DNA of 64,000 bases from Candidatus Palauibacter soopunensis (GTDB lineage: Bacteria; Gemmatimonadota; Gemmatimonadetes; Palauibacterales; Palauibacteraceae), in the NCBI RefSeq assembly GCF_947581735.1, contig NZ_CANPVT010000024.1:52243-116242 (forward strand). Reading direction: 5' to 3'. Within the stretch, counting starts at the first letter, position 1; each line of letters opens with the position of its first letter. The position numbers and the translations under genes are program-made. The notes below the pieces were generated by a model, which was not told the DNA's origin, did no database searches, and saw nothing but the letters and a program-made list of their open reading frames with translations. Positions 28,235 through 37,161 of the stretch are shown piece by piece.

Positions 28235-28270
28235 CTCTCGTCTCCCTGGCAGTCGCTGTGCGCGCCGTCG

Positions 28271-28708
28271 CTATTCCGCGATCGTTTCGAAGGGGCGGGG
28301 GTGCTGAGGCGCGTGCGGATGCTCCGGCCCCGCGTACACTCTCAACTTTCCGAGCATCTGCCGGCCGAGCGTGTTCTTCGGCAGCATGCCCTTCACGGCC
28401 AGCTTGATCACCCGGTCGGGGTGTCGATCGAGCATGCGCCGGAAGGGGATGAAGCGCTCTCCGCCCATATAGCCGGAATGCCGGAAGTATTCCTTCTGAT
28501 CCGCCTTGTTCCCGGTCAGCCGCACACGCTCCGCGTTCACTACGACGACGTAGTCGCCGGTGTCGAGGTGCGTGCTGTAGATCGGCTTGTGTTTTCCGCG
28601 AAGGACGCTCGCGATCCTCGTCGCGAGACGGCCGAGAACCTGATCCGCGGCGTCGACCACGTACCAGTCCCGTTCGATCTCCCCCGCCTTCACCGAGTAC
28701 GTCTTCAT
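28271..28708 (-). CDS. rplM: 50S ribosomal protein L13
   Basis: [29 protein letters not shown]. The ATG at 28708 has GAGGTGG upstream, whereas the track start at 28726 is a TTG. Confidence 0.95.
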   Translation of the reverse strand: MKTYSVKAGEIERDWYVVDAADQVLGRLATRIASVLRGKHKPIYSTHLDTGDYVVVVNAERVRLTGNKADQKEYFRHSGYMGGERFIPFRRMLDRHPDRVIKLAVKGMLPKNTLGRQMLGKLRVYAGPEHPHAPQHPRPFETIAE

Positions 28709-28724
28709 TCGTTCTGCCCACCTC

Positions 28725-28747
28725 AAAAAAACCGCCCGGCGGGACGG
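28725..28747 (-). terminator. Weak candidate terminator after the sigma-factor gene
   Basis: Reverse strand: a short GC palindrome (CCCGCCGGGCGG) followed by TTTTTTT, about 35 nt after the stop at 28781. The stem is very short. Confidence 0.3.
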
Positions 28748-28780
28748 ATGCCGAGCGCGTGAAAATGATAGCCCGTGAAG

Positions 28781-29536
28781 CTATTCAGCGCCTCGCACGA
28801 AGTCAATCGCGTGGAAAGGCGCATCCTGGCTTTCGGCGCGGGGCGCGCCGTCGTTGACGAAGCGAACGAGCCCGGACCGCTCGGCGCCCGCGCGCAGCCG
28901 CGAGAGGCCGCGCTCCTTGAGCCGGCGTGTCCGCTCGCGGGACACGTCGAGCGCCGCCGAAATCTCGGCGGGCGTCTGCGGTCTCCTGAACCCGAGACCG
29001 AAGTAGCGGCGCACGACCTCCGATTCGAGCGGCGGGAGGTCGGCCAGACTCGTCTCGATGGCCGCCCGCAGCCGCTCCCGAATCAGCCCGGCTCCGGGTT
29101 CGGGCGCGTGTTCGTCGGGCAGCAGTTCCTCGAAGGTGCAGGCGCGGCCGGGAGCCATCTCGTCGAGGGAGAAGCGGTGCGCGACGGGTTCGCCGGGCAC
29201 CCGGTGATCGCCCTGATCGACGATGGCCTGCCTCATGGCCCGCCGCACCCAGTAGTGTGCGTAGCTGATGAAACGGACGCCGCGCTCCGGATCGAAGCGA
29301 TCCGCGGCGCGCACGAGCCCCAGGTTCCCCTCGTTCACGAGATCGGCCAGCGGGACGCCACGGCCGCGGTAGCCGCGCGCGACCGACACGACGAAGCGGA
29401 GATTCGCGCTGACGAGCCGCCTCCGCGCCGCCTGGTCGCCGGCCCGACTCCGCCGCGCCAGTTCCACTTCGGTCTTCGCGTCGAGCAGGCTCTCGCGACC
29501 GATGTCCGCCAGGTAGCGTTCGAATATGCGGACCAT
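28781..29536 (-). CDS. Sigma-70-family RNA polymerase sigma factor (about 250 aa, no region 1)
   Basis: Region 2 is LADLVNEGNLGLVRAADRFDPERGVRFISYAHYWVRRAMRQAI. Region 4 HTH is PAEISAALDVSRERTRRLKERGLSRLR. Confidence 0.85.
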   Translation of the reverse strand: MVRIFERYLADIGRESLLDAKTEVELARRSRAGDQAARRRLVSANLRFVVSVARGYRGRGVPLADLVNEGNLGLVRAADRFDPERGVRFISYAHYWVRRAMRQAIVDQGDHRVPGEPVAHRFSLDEMAPGRACTFEELLPDEHAPEPGAGLIRERLRAAIETSLADLPPLESEVVRRYFGLGFRRPQTPAEISAALDVSRERTRRLKERGLSRLRAGAERSGLVRFVNDGAPRAESQDAPFHAIDFVRGAE

Positions 29537-29547
29537 CCGGGTCGACC

Positions 29548-30321
29548 TCAGTCGACGCCGCGCAGAATCCGGTCCCAGCGGATCTCGGTGAGCCAGGCCA
29601 GGGGGCCCTGCGGCTCGCGCGCGTACGAATAGTACACGAGGAAGGGTCTTCCCCGTATCGCATCCCTGGGCACGAAGCCCCAGTAGCGGGAATCCTCGGA
29701 GTTCGACCGGTTGTCGCCCATGACGAAGTAGCTGTCCTCCGGCACGACGAGAGGCCCCCAGTTGTTTCGCGTCGTCACGGCCCCGGAGCGGCGCGCGCCA
29801 TCGGTCAGGTACCGGCGCTGCCAGGCGAACTTCGGGCTCGGGGCGTCGGGGAAGTTCGACGCCGCCTTCACATAGGGTTCCTCGAACGGGACTCCGTTCA
29901 CGAAGAGCCGTGCCCGCCGCATGCGCAGGGTGTCTCCCGGCATCCCGACGATTCGCTTCACGTAGTTCGTGCGCGGGGGCTGCTCGGCGGAGTCGGGCGG
30001 CTCGAACACGATGACGTCACCGCGCGAGGGCTCGCCGAACGCGGGAAACTCCAGGTCGGTACCGGGGATTTCGGCTCCGTACACCATCTTGTTGACGAGG
30101 AGAAAGTCGCCGATCAGAAGCGTGTTCTCCATGGAGGCGGTCGGGATCTGGAAGGCCTCCACGACGAAGGTCCGGATGAAGAGAAACAGGACGAGGGCGA
30201 TGAAGATGGACTTCGTCCACTCCCACATCCATCGGCCCACGGACGCGTCGCGACCCCGGCGCCCCCGCCCCGTGGGAGCGCGAAACCTGCGGACGGTTCT
30301 CTCAGTCGATTGTTTTTCCAT
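29548..30321 (-). CDS. lepB: Signal peptidase I
   Basis: The catalytic Ser box IPTASMENTLLIGDFLLVNK, GDVIVF and GDNRSNSEDSRYWGFVP are present. The ATG at 30321 has GGGAAGGG upstream. Confidence 0.9.
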   Translation of the reverse strand: MEKQSTERTVRRFRAPTGRGRRGRDASVGRWMWEWTKSIFIALVLFLFIRTFVVEAFQIPTASMENTLLIGDFLLVNKMVYGAEIPGTDLEFPAFGEPSRGDVIVFEPPDSAEQPPRTNYVKRIVGMPGDTLRMRRARLFVNGVPFEEPYVKAASNFPDAPSPKFAWQRRYLTDGARRSGAVTTRNNWGPLVVPEDSYFVMGDNRSNSEDSRYWGFVPRDAIRGRPFLVYYSYAREPQGPLAWLTEIRWDRILRGVD

Positions 30322-30426
30322 CCCACCCTTCCCTGTTCCACAACCCGGTGACTGGCGGTCCCGCGAGCGGGCCGGCCGCACCCTCTGATGTACGGGCGAT
30401 GCTCAACGGGGTCTCACCTCCCTGCC

Positions 30427-31917
30427 TCACCAGTCGACGTCGATCTGCGCGCGCTGCAGCGTGCCGCTGTAATCGACGTACGCCACCTTCGTTTCCGTGT
30501 AGAACTCGTAGACTTCCCACCCCCCTTCACGGTGCCCGTTGCCCGTGTTCTTGACGCCGCCGAAGGGGAGGTGCGCCTCCGCGCCGATGGTGGGCGCGTT
30601 CACATAGGTGATCCCGTTGTCGAGTTCCTCCACGGCGCGGAAGGATGCGGTCACGTCCCGCGTGTAGATCGACGACGAGAGTCCGTAGGGAACTTCGTTG
30701 TTGATGTCGAAAGCTTCGTCGATCGTGTCGAAGCGGATCACCGAGAGCACCGGCCCGAAAATCTCCTCGCGCGCGGCCCGGTGTTCCCGGTCGACGCCCG
30801 CGAGGACCGTCGGCTCGAAGAACCAGCCGTCGCCGAGGCCGCTCTCCGCCGGCCGTCCGCCCCCCGTCGCGACCGTCGCCCCCTCGTCGCGGGCGATCGC
30901 GATGTAGCGTTCGCACTTCTCGCGCGCGGCCTCGTGGATGAGGGGGCCCACGTCGACGCCGGCCTCCTGCCCGTCGCCGAGGCGGAGGGAGCGCGCTTCG
31001 TAGCACAGTCTCTCCACGAACTCGTCGTGGACCTCGCTCTGCACCAGGAGTCGGCTCGTCGCGGTGCAGCGCTGTCCCGTCGTGCCGAAGGCGCCCCACA
31101 GCACGCCCTCGAGGGCAAGGTCGAGATCCGCGTCCGCCATGACGATCTGTGCGTTCTTGCCGCCCATCTCGAGGGAGAGGCGCTTGTGCATGCGGCCCGC
31201 GACCTCGCCGATCCGGCTGCCCGTCTCCGTGGATCCGGTGAAGGAGAGGCCGGGGACGCCGGGGTGTTCGACGATGGCGTTCCCGATCGTCTCGCCGCGG
31301 CCGTGCAGCAACTGCACGCACTCGGGCGGCAGGCCGGCCTCGAGCAGGATTTCCACGAACCGGTGCGCGCTGTGGGGCACATCCTCCGAGGGCTTGTAGA
31401 TGATGCTGTTCCCGCACAGCAGCGCGGGAAAGATCTTCCAGCTCGGGACCGCGACCGGGAAGTTGAAGGGGGTGATGATCCCGAACACGCCGATCGGACG
31501 CCGGAATGACATGGCCCACTTGCTCCTCAGCTCGGAGGGCGCCGTGCGTCCGAAGAGGCGCCGGCCCTCGACCGCCGCGTAGTAGGCCGTGTCGATGGCC
31601 TCCTGGACGTCGCCGCGCGTTTCGTCGAGCACCTTCCCCATCTCGCGCGTGGCCGTGCGCGCGAGGTCCTCCTTGTGCCGCGTGAGGAGGTCCCCCGCAG
31701 TCTTCAGGACCAGGCCCCGCTCCGGGGCCGGCGTCCTGGACCAGCGCTCGAAGCCGCGCTGCGCCGAGGCCACGGCCGCGTCCAGTTCCGCCGCGCCGGT
31801 GTCAGGGAAGAGGCCGATGAGGTCCGACGTGCGCGCCGGGTTTCGGTTCTCGATGTATGCGCCCGTGGCGGGCGCAGTCCACTCACCCGCGATGTAGTTG
31901 AGGAACTTCTCAGCCAT
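30427..31917 (-). CDS. NAD(P)+-dependent aldehyde dehydrogenase family protein
   Basis: 496 aa. LEMGGKNAQIV (Glu box), GQRCTATSRLLV (catalytic Cys) and EEIFGPVLSV. Confidence 0.9.
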   Translation of the reverse strand: MAEKFLNYIAGEWTAPATGAYIENRNPARTSDLIGLFPDTGAAELDAAVASAQRGFERWSRTPAPERGLVLKTAGDLLTRHKEDLARTATREMGKVLDETRGDVQEAIDTAYYAAVEGRRLFGRTAPSELRSKWAMSFRRPIGVFGIITPFNFPVAVPSWKIFPALLCGNSIIYKPSEDVPHSAHRFVEILLEAGLPPECVQLLHGRGETIGNAIVEHPGVPGLSFTGSTETGSRIGEVAGRMHKRLSLEMGGKNAQIVMADADLDLALEGVLWGAFGTTGQRCTATSRLLVQSEVHDEFVERLCYEARSLRLGDGQEAGVDVGPLIHEAAREKCERYIAIARDEGATVATGGGRPAESGLGDGWFFEPTVLAGVDREHRAAREEIFGPVLSVIRFDTIDEAFDINNEVPYGLSSSIYTRDVTASFRAVEELDNGITYVNAPTIGAEAHLPFGGVKNTGNGHREGGWEVYEFYTETKVAYVDYSGTLQRAQIDVDW

Positions 31918-31941
31918 GGCCGGAGGAACTCCGCGCTTGGA

Positions 31942-32589
31942 TTAGCGATCCATGAGGAGGACGACCTCCTCGTTTTCCACCCGGACGTCGACGACGGTCT
32001 CGGGGATGTCGAAGAGCACGGTTCGTCCGTCCGCACGCAACCCCATTTGCTGCGCGGCCATGCCCAGCATCATCGGGGGCACCGGGAGGATGCCCGCCTG
32101 GAGACTCACGAGGTCGAGGCGTCCTTCGCCGCTCTCCCCCACTCGCGGGAGGACCTCTCCGGCGACCCGGGCGGAATCCCCGAGCGTCCTCGCCAGGCTC
32201 GACGCCATGTCCGCGGCGATCGGGAGTTGCGTGAAGTTGAGCATGACGGTGAAGGCGACGGTCGAGTCGCGCAGTTCGACGGCGGGCTCGCCGACGCCGG
32301 CCGGCAGCAGGGAGGTCAGCCGGTAGCGTACGTAGCTCTGGAGTTCCGTCTCTGTGAACCGCGTCTCGGCCGCCCCGCCGCCGGCCGCCAGCTCCCGCAG
32401 GGCCGCGTCCACCCGCGCCGCCGCCTCGGGACCGAATTCCGGCGTGGATTCCGCGACGACGATTTCATCCGCGCCCGCGTTCGCGAGCCACGCTTCGATG
32501 TCTCCGCGAAAGATCCAGCCGACGATCAGCAGAATCAGAAGGAAGATGAGAAAGCCCAGGCCCTTGAAGAGCTTTCGGAAAACACCCAT
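31942..32589 (-). CDS. Hypothetical N-terminally membrane-anchored protein
   Basis: MGVFRKLFKGLGFLIFLLILLIVGWIF forms a TM anchor, followed by a soluble domain with no motif I recognise. Confidence 0.5.
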   Translation of the reverse strand: MGVFRKLFKGLGFLIFLLILLIVGWIFRGDIEAWLANAGADEIVVAESTPEFGPEAAARVDAALRELAAGGGAAETRFTETELQSYVRYRLTSLLPAGVGEPAVELRDSTVAFTVMLNFTQLPIAADMASSLARTLGDSARVAGEVLPRVGESGEGRLDLVSLQAGILPVPPMMLGMAAQQMGLRADGRTVLFDIPETVVDVRVENEEVVLLMDR

Positions 32590-32628
32590 GTCGACCGCCT
32601 CCGACCGGAATCGGGGAAAGAGGAAAAG

Positions 32629-33261
32629 CTAGCGCCGTGCGCGGCGGGCGTCATCGGTGCCGCCCGCGTCATCGGCGCCGCCCGCCAGCCGGGAGGCGGC
32701 GACTTCCGTGTGCCGCGCGCCGCGGGGGAGAAGTTCGCTCCGCATCAGTGACACGCGCCGAACGTCCACCGTGGTCTCGAAGCGGACGCGCGCGATGGCG
32801 CCCGCCAAACCTACGGGTGGCGGGGGGCGGCGGATTCGTCCCACCGTCACGTGCGGGCGGAAGCGGCGCGGGTCGGGGGCCACGCCGGCGCGGACCACGG
32901 CTTCCTCCACGGAGCGCTGCAGCGCGGCGAGGTCGGGCGTCTCCTCGACACCGACCCAGACGACGCGCGCGCGACGGTGGGAGGGGAAGACGCCGGCACC
33001 GCCCAGCCGGATCGGGAAGCCCGGCTGCGCCTCCGTCGCGGCGGCGATCTCCCGCGCGAGCGGCGCCTCGAGGCCGCGGTCGACCTCCCCGATGAAGCGC
33101 AGCGTGAGGTGCAGTTGCTCCGCGCGCACCGGCCGCACGCCCTCGAGCGCCCGCAGCGCCGCGGTCGCGCGTGCCAGGTCGGCGCGGATCGCGGAGGGGA
33201 GGAGGATGGCCACGAAGAGCCTCGACCGGACGTCGGGGGCGACATATCCTGCGCCTGCCAT
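32629..33261 (-). CDS. thpR: RNA 2',3'-cyclic phosphodiesterase (ThpR/LigT 2H family)
   Basis: Two HxT motifs, HLTLRFIGE and HVTVGRI. The nearest start giving the expected RLFVAILLP N-terminus is the ATG at 33261. Confidence 0.8.
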   Translation of the reverse strand: MAGAGYVAPDVRSRLFVAILLPSAIRADLARATAALRALEGVRPVRAEQLHLTLRFIGEVDRGLEAPLAREIAAATEAQPGFPIRLGGAGVFPSHRRARVVWVGVEETPDLAALQRSVEEAVVRAGVAPDPRRFRPHVTVGRIRRPPPPVGLAGAIARVRFETTVDVRRVSLMRSELLPRGARHTEVAASRLAGGADDAGGTDDARRARR

Positions 33262-33898
33262 GATCCTCCTCATCGACAACTACGATTCGTTCGCCTTCAA
33301 CCTCTCTAGGTACCTCGAGGAACTTGGGGAGACGGTGCGGGTGCGGCGCAACGATGACGTCGATCCGGGAACGCTGGGGGACGAAGGCTTCTCGCACATC
33401 GTCATCTCGCCGGGTCCCTGCACGCCCGCCGAAGCCGGCGTTTCCGTCGAGGTGATCCGGGCGGTGGGCGCGGAGATCCCGATTCTCGGCGTCTGTCTCG
33501 GACACCAGTGTATCGCCGCGGCGACCGGCGGACGCGTCGTCCGGGCCGCGCGTCCGATGCACGGCCGCCTGTCGGCGATCCGGCACGAAGGGCGCGGGCT
33601 GTTCGCGGGCCTCCCCTCGCCGCTCGAGGTCACCCGCTACCATTCGCTGGTCGTGGATCCCGGCGAGCCGGGGGCCGGCCTGCGGGTCACGGCCCGTACG
33701 GAGGAGGGCGAAGTCATGGCCCTCGAGCACGCGTCGTGGCCCCTGTGGGGCGTGCAGTTCCACCCCGAAGCCGTACTCACGGCGGGGGGACGCCGCCTGC
33801 TCGAGAACTTCCTCGCGCTCGGAAGGGGGGATGTTCCCGCCTCTGAGCCCGTGGAGGCGGCCCCCTGCCCCGAACTCCCGGCCGACGCGCTGCCCTAG
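33260..33898 (+). CDS. Glutamine amidotransferase component II of anthranilate / aminodeoxychorismate synthase
   Basis: MILLIDNYDSFAFNLSRYL, GVCLGHQ (catalytic Cys) and GVQFHPE. The ATG at 33260 lies inside a longer spurious track ORF. Confidence 0.9.
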   Translation: MILLIDNYDSFAFNLSRYLEELGETVRVRRNDDVDPGTLGDEGFSHIVISPGPCTPAEAGVSVEVIRAVGAEIPILGVCLGHQCIAAATGGRVVRAARPMHGRLSAIRHEGRGLFAGLPSPLEVTRYHSLVVDPGEPGAGLRVTARTEEGEVMALEHASWPLWGVQFHPEAVLTAGGRRLLENFLALGRGDVPASEPVEAAPCPELPADALP

Positions 33899-35430
33899 CA
33901 GGGTCCGCGGAAACGAATCGCCTCGGCGACGTGGTCCTCGGATACGCCGACCCGTTCCTCCAAATCCGCGATAGTGCGTGAGACGCGAAGCGCGCGGTGG
34001 TAGCCGCGGGCCGTGAGGCCGAGATGCGTCACGGCCTTCCGCAGGAGCGAACGGCCGCCCCGGTCGACCCGGCACGCCTCCTCGAGACGGACCGGCGGGA
34101 TCCGCGCGTTGGTCGTTCCGTGGCGGCGGGCCGCGCGGGCACGGGCCTTCGACACCCGGGCCCGCACGACGGCGCTCGTCTCGCCGGGTGCCGCGTCCGC
34201 GAGTTGCTCCCAGCGCAGGGCCGGAACGTCGACGAGCATATCGATCCGGTCGAGAAGCGGCCCGCTGACCCGGCGGCGGTAGCGCAGCACCGTGTCCTCG
34301 GGACAGCGGCAGCGGCCCGGCACGCCCAGGAAGCCGCACGGACACGGGTTCATCGCGGCCACGAGCGTGAACTCGGAGGGAAAGCTGGCCGACCCGGCGG
34401 CGCGGACGATCCGCACCTGTCCCTCCTCGATCGGCTGGCGCAGCGCCTCCAGCGTGCGGCGCCCGAACTCCGGAAGTTCATCGAGAAAGAGCACGCCGTG
34501 ATGCGCGAGAGAGGCCTCGCCCGGCCGCGGACGAGTCCCGCCGCCGATGAGCCCGGCCTCGCTGATCGAATGGTGCGGCGCGCGGAAGGGCCGGGCCCGC
34601 TTGAGCCCCGAGCCGTCGGCCACGAGGCCGGCGACGCTGTGAATCACCGTCACGTCCACCGCCTCTCTGACGTCGAGGACAGGGAGGAGACCGGGGAGGC
34701 AGCGCGCGAGACTCGTCTTTCCGGAGCCCGGGCAGCCCGAAAGGAGGAGGTTGTGCCCTCCGGCGGCCGCGATCTCCAGCGCCCGCTTGGCGACGGGCTG
34801 CCCCTTCACGGCGGACAGATCGAACCCGCCGTCGTCCGGCCCGCGGCCGCCCGTCGTCCCAACGGCGGGAGACACGAGAGCCAGTGGTGCGCGGAGCCGG
34901 ACTTCGCCATTCAGAGCAGCGAGAATATGGGTCAGCGACTCCGAGCCACCCACGGCGATCCCTTCCGCCGCCGCCGCTTCCCGCAGGTTCGCGACCGGCA
35001 GGAGGAGGCGCGCGACGCGCGGGTTCGCGGCCGCGAAGAGCGCGATCGGAAGGGCGCCCCGGATGGACCGCAGGGAACCGTCGAGCCCGAGTTCGCCCAC
35101 GGCCAGCGTCCCGTCGAGGGCATCCTGAGGGAGGTCCCCCTTCGCGCACAGGATTCCGAGCATGATCGGCAGGTCCAGCGCGGCCCCGGTCTTGGGAAGA
35201 TCCGCCGGCGCCAGGTTCACCGTGATGCGAAGCCCGGGAACGTGAAGGCCCAACTGCGCCGCCGCGGCCCGGATTCGCTCGCGGCCCTCGCGCACCGCGC
35301 TCTGCGCGAGACCGACGATCTGCATGATCGGCGTCCCCCTGATCAGCGACACCTCCACGCTCACCGGCCGCACGTCGAGCCCCATCACCGCCGCCGACAT
35401 TACCGAGGCCGACCCCACCCACTCCGGCAT
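33895..35430 (-). CDS. comM: YifB/ComM-family Mg-chelatase-like AAA+ ATPase
   Basis: N-terminal Lon-like domain (SAAVMGLDVRPVSVEV), Walker A LSGCPGSGKT, GVLFLDELPEF and a C-terminal ChlI-like region. An ATG at 35430 gives about 511 aa. Confidence 0.9.
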   Translation of the reverse strand: MPEWVGSASVMSAAVMGLDVRPVSVEVSLIRGTPIMQIVGLAQSAVREGRERIRAAAAQLGLHVPGLRITVNLAPADLPKTGAALDLPIMLGILCAKGDLPQDALDGTLAVGELGLDGSLRSIRGALPIALFAAANPRVARLLLPVANLREAAAAEGIAVGGSESLTHILAALNGEVRLRAPLALVSPAVGTTGGRGPDDGGFDLSAVKGQPVAKRALEIAAAGGHNLLLSGCPGSGKTSLARCLPGLLPVLDVREAVDVTVIHSVAGLVADGSGLKRARPFRAPHHSISEAGLIGGGTRPRPGEASLAHHGVLFLDELPEFGRRTLEALRQPIEEGQVRIVRAAGSASFPSEFTLVAAMNPCPCGFLGVPGRCRCPEDTVLRYRRRVSGPLLDRIDMLVDVPALRWEQLADAAPGETSAVVRARVSKARARAARRHGTTNARIPPVRLEEACRVDRGGRSLLRKAVTHLGLTARGYHRALRVSRTIADLEERVGVSEDHVAEAIRFRGPC

Positions 35431-35546
35431 TCTTCTTTCGCTCCCGTCCGCGCAGCCTTGTAACTTCACCGTGAGTCATGATCGGGGCCGGTCTCAACCG
35501 GTCCTCAAGAACGGCCCAGGAACAAGGCGGAAGAGTGGAGAAGAGG

Positions 35547-36254
35547 GTGAGATGCGGCGCCGCTCGAACGCAGCGGGGCTTTTGCCGCGGGCTGCTCGGA
35601 GTGCTCCTGCTGAGTCCGCTGCTCGCCGCCCTGCCGAATCCCCTCCCGCTGGCCGCGCAGGAACTGGACTCCGGCCACCTCTACCTGCGCGAAGCGGGGC
35701 GCCGCGTGGGGACGGAGCGCTTCCGGGTCTGGCAGACCGGATCCACGGTTAACGCGTTCGCCACCGTCGAGATGGTGCAGCGGGCCGCATGGCAGATACG
35801 CCTGCAGATGGATCTCAACCTGCTTCCGGTGAAATATGAGATTCGCGACGGGGTATCGGCTCTCGTGAGCGGGGAGCGTTTCCCCGACCGGATCCGCTTC
35901 CACTTCGCGACGCCGGACGGCGAGCGCTGGAAGGAGTACCCGGTCCAGGATGTGGCCGCGATCCTGCAGCCGGGGATCGCGCATCACTATCTCGTGCTCG
36001 TGCGTGCGCTCAGAGAAGCGCCGGATGGGCGGCTGAAGGCGATCCTGCCCCTCGATGGCCGGACCGTGACCGTGCGCCTCGCGGCGCGGACGGAGGAACG
36101 GGTTTCGCTCGACGAGGAGTCGGTGGACGCGACCCGCTACGATGTGGACATGGAAGGCGCCCGGCACCAGGTGTGGCTCGACGCGGACGACCGGCTGCTC
36201 CGCGTCCTGGACGCCGCGGGACGCGAGGCCCTGCGCGCCCCGGCCGGGAGCTGA
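35547..36254 (+). CDS. Hypothetical secreted protein
   Basis: The GTG at 35547 has GGAGAAGAGG upstream. The signal-like start is RCGAARTQRGFCRGLLGVLLLSPLLAALPNPLPLAAQE. I recognise no family. Confidence 0.5.
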   Translation: MRCGAARTQRGFCRGLLGVLLLSPLLAALPNPLPLAAQELDSGHLYLREAGRRVGTERFRVWQTGSTVNAFATVEMVQRAAWQIRLQMDLNLLPVKYEIRDGVSALVSGERFPDRIRFHFATPDGERWKEYPVQDVAAILQPGIAHHYLVLVRALREAPDGRLKAILPLDGRTVTVRLAARTEERVSLDEESVDATRYDVDMEGARHQVWLDADDRLLRVLDAAGREALRAPAGS

Positions 36255-36279
36255 GACAGGCTGCCGGGAGCTGAGACAG
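36243..36279 (+). repeat. 17-bp direct repeat with 20-bp period (GCCGGGAGCTGAGACAG x2) spanning the stop codon of the preceding CDS
   Basis: The copies are at 36243-36259 and 36263-36279. The first contains the TGA stop at 36252-36254. Confidence 0.85.
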
Positions 36280-36292
36280 ACTGGAGGAGAAG

Positions 36293-37039
36293 ATGGAACA
36301 CCATCCGGAATCGTCCGAGGCATCGGTGGAGGAGCACGGGATCCCCTCGCTGCCCGTGCGCATCGTGCAGGTCTTCGTCTCGCCGGCGAAGCTGTTCGAC
36401 GCCCTGCGTCACCAGCCCGCCTGGATGGGCGCCGTTCTGGCGCTGATCGGCGTGAGCATTGCGCTTCAGTTCCTTACGCCGGTCGTCGTCCCCGAGGACG
36501 TCTTGCGGAGGGCGGCGGAGGCCCGGATCTCGGACTTCATACCGGCGGGAACCGACCCCGCGGTGCTGGAGCAGCAGGTCGATGCGGCCGTTTCGCCCGG
36601 AGCGGTCGGGGTCATCGCGGGTGCGGTCATCGCGACGCCTCTCATACTCTCGCTCATCGCGGGACTTCTCCTCATCGCGTTCAACGTCATCATGGGGGGC
36701 GAGGCCAGCTTCAGGCAGCTGTTCAGCGCCGGCGCGCACGCCATGTACGTCTACACGGCGGGAGGGATCGTCTCCATCGGCCTGATGGCGGCCGGCGCGG
36801 AGATCGTGACCCTCACGCCCGGTCTCTTCCTGCCCGAGATGGAGGGGTTCATCGGCAGGTTCCTAAACGGAATCAACATCTTCTCTGTTTGGACGTGCGG
36901 GGTGCTCGGGGTGGCGGTGAGCCGCTTCTATCCGGGGCGGTCCGTGGCGGCGGGCACGACGTATCTGCTCGTGCTCTACCTGATCCTGGTGGCGGCGCTC
37001 GCGGGGTTCGCGGGTCTCCTCGCCGGTCTGGCGGGCTAG
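36293..37039 (+). CDS. Yip1-domain-like polytopic membrane protein
   Basis: 248 aa. It has a cytoplasmic acidic N-terminus, then VFVSPAKLFDALRHQPAWMGAVLALIGVSIALQFL and four further TM segments. This is family recognition by eye only. Confidence 0.6.
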   Translation: MEHHPESSEASVEEHGIPSLPVRIVQVFVSPAKLFDALRHQPAWMGAVLALIGVSIALQFLTPVVVPEDVLRRAAEARISDFIPAGTDPAVLEQQVDAAVSPGAVGVIAGAVIATPLILSLIAGLLLIAFNVIMGGEASFRQLFSAGAHAMYVYTAGGIVSIGLMAAGAEIVTLTPGLFLPEMEGFIGRFLNGINIFSVWTCGVLGVAVSRFYPGRSVAAGTTYLLVLYLILVAALAGFAGLLAGLAG

Positions 37040-37065
37040 CAAGTGAAACCGCGCACGTCGCGCCA

Positions 37066-37098
37066 ACGTACCCGTGACGTACCCATGACGTACCCCCG
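37066..37098 (+). promoter_or_regulatory. Three tandem 11-bp direct repeats (ACGTACCCGTG ACGTACCCATG ACGTACCCCCG) upstream of the efflux operon; candidate transcription-factor binding array
   Basis: Read directly from the sequence. The array lies 64-96 nt upstream of the MFP ATG (37162), in the 122-nt spacer after the Yip1-like gene. Confidence 0.5.
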
Positions 37099-37161
37099 GG
37101 CGCGGGCCATGCGGTTGCCCGAACCGCCCGCCGAGTCTCGAAATAAAGGTCCTTGTACAGG

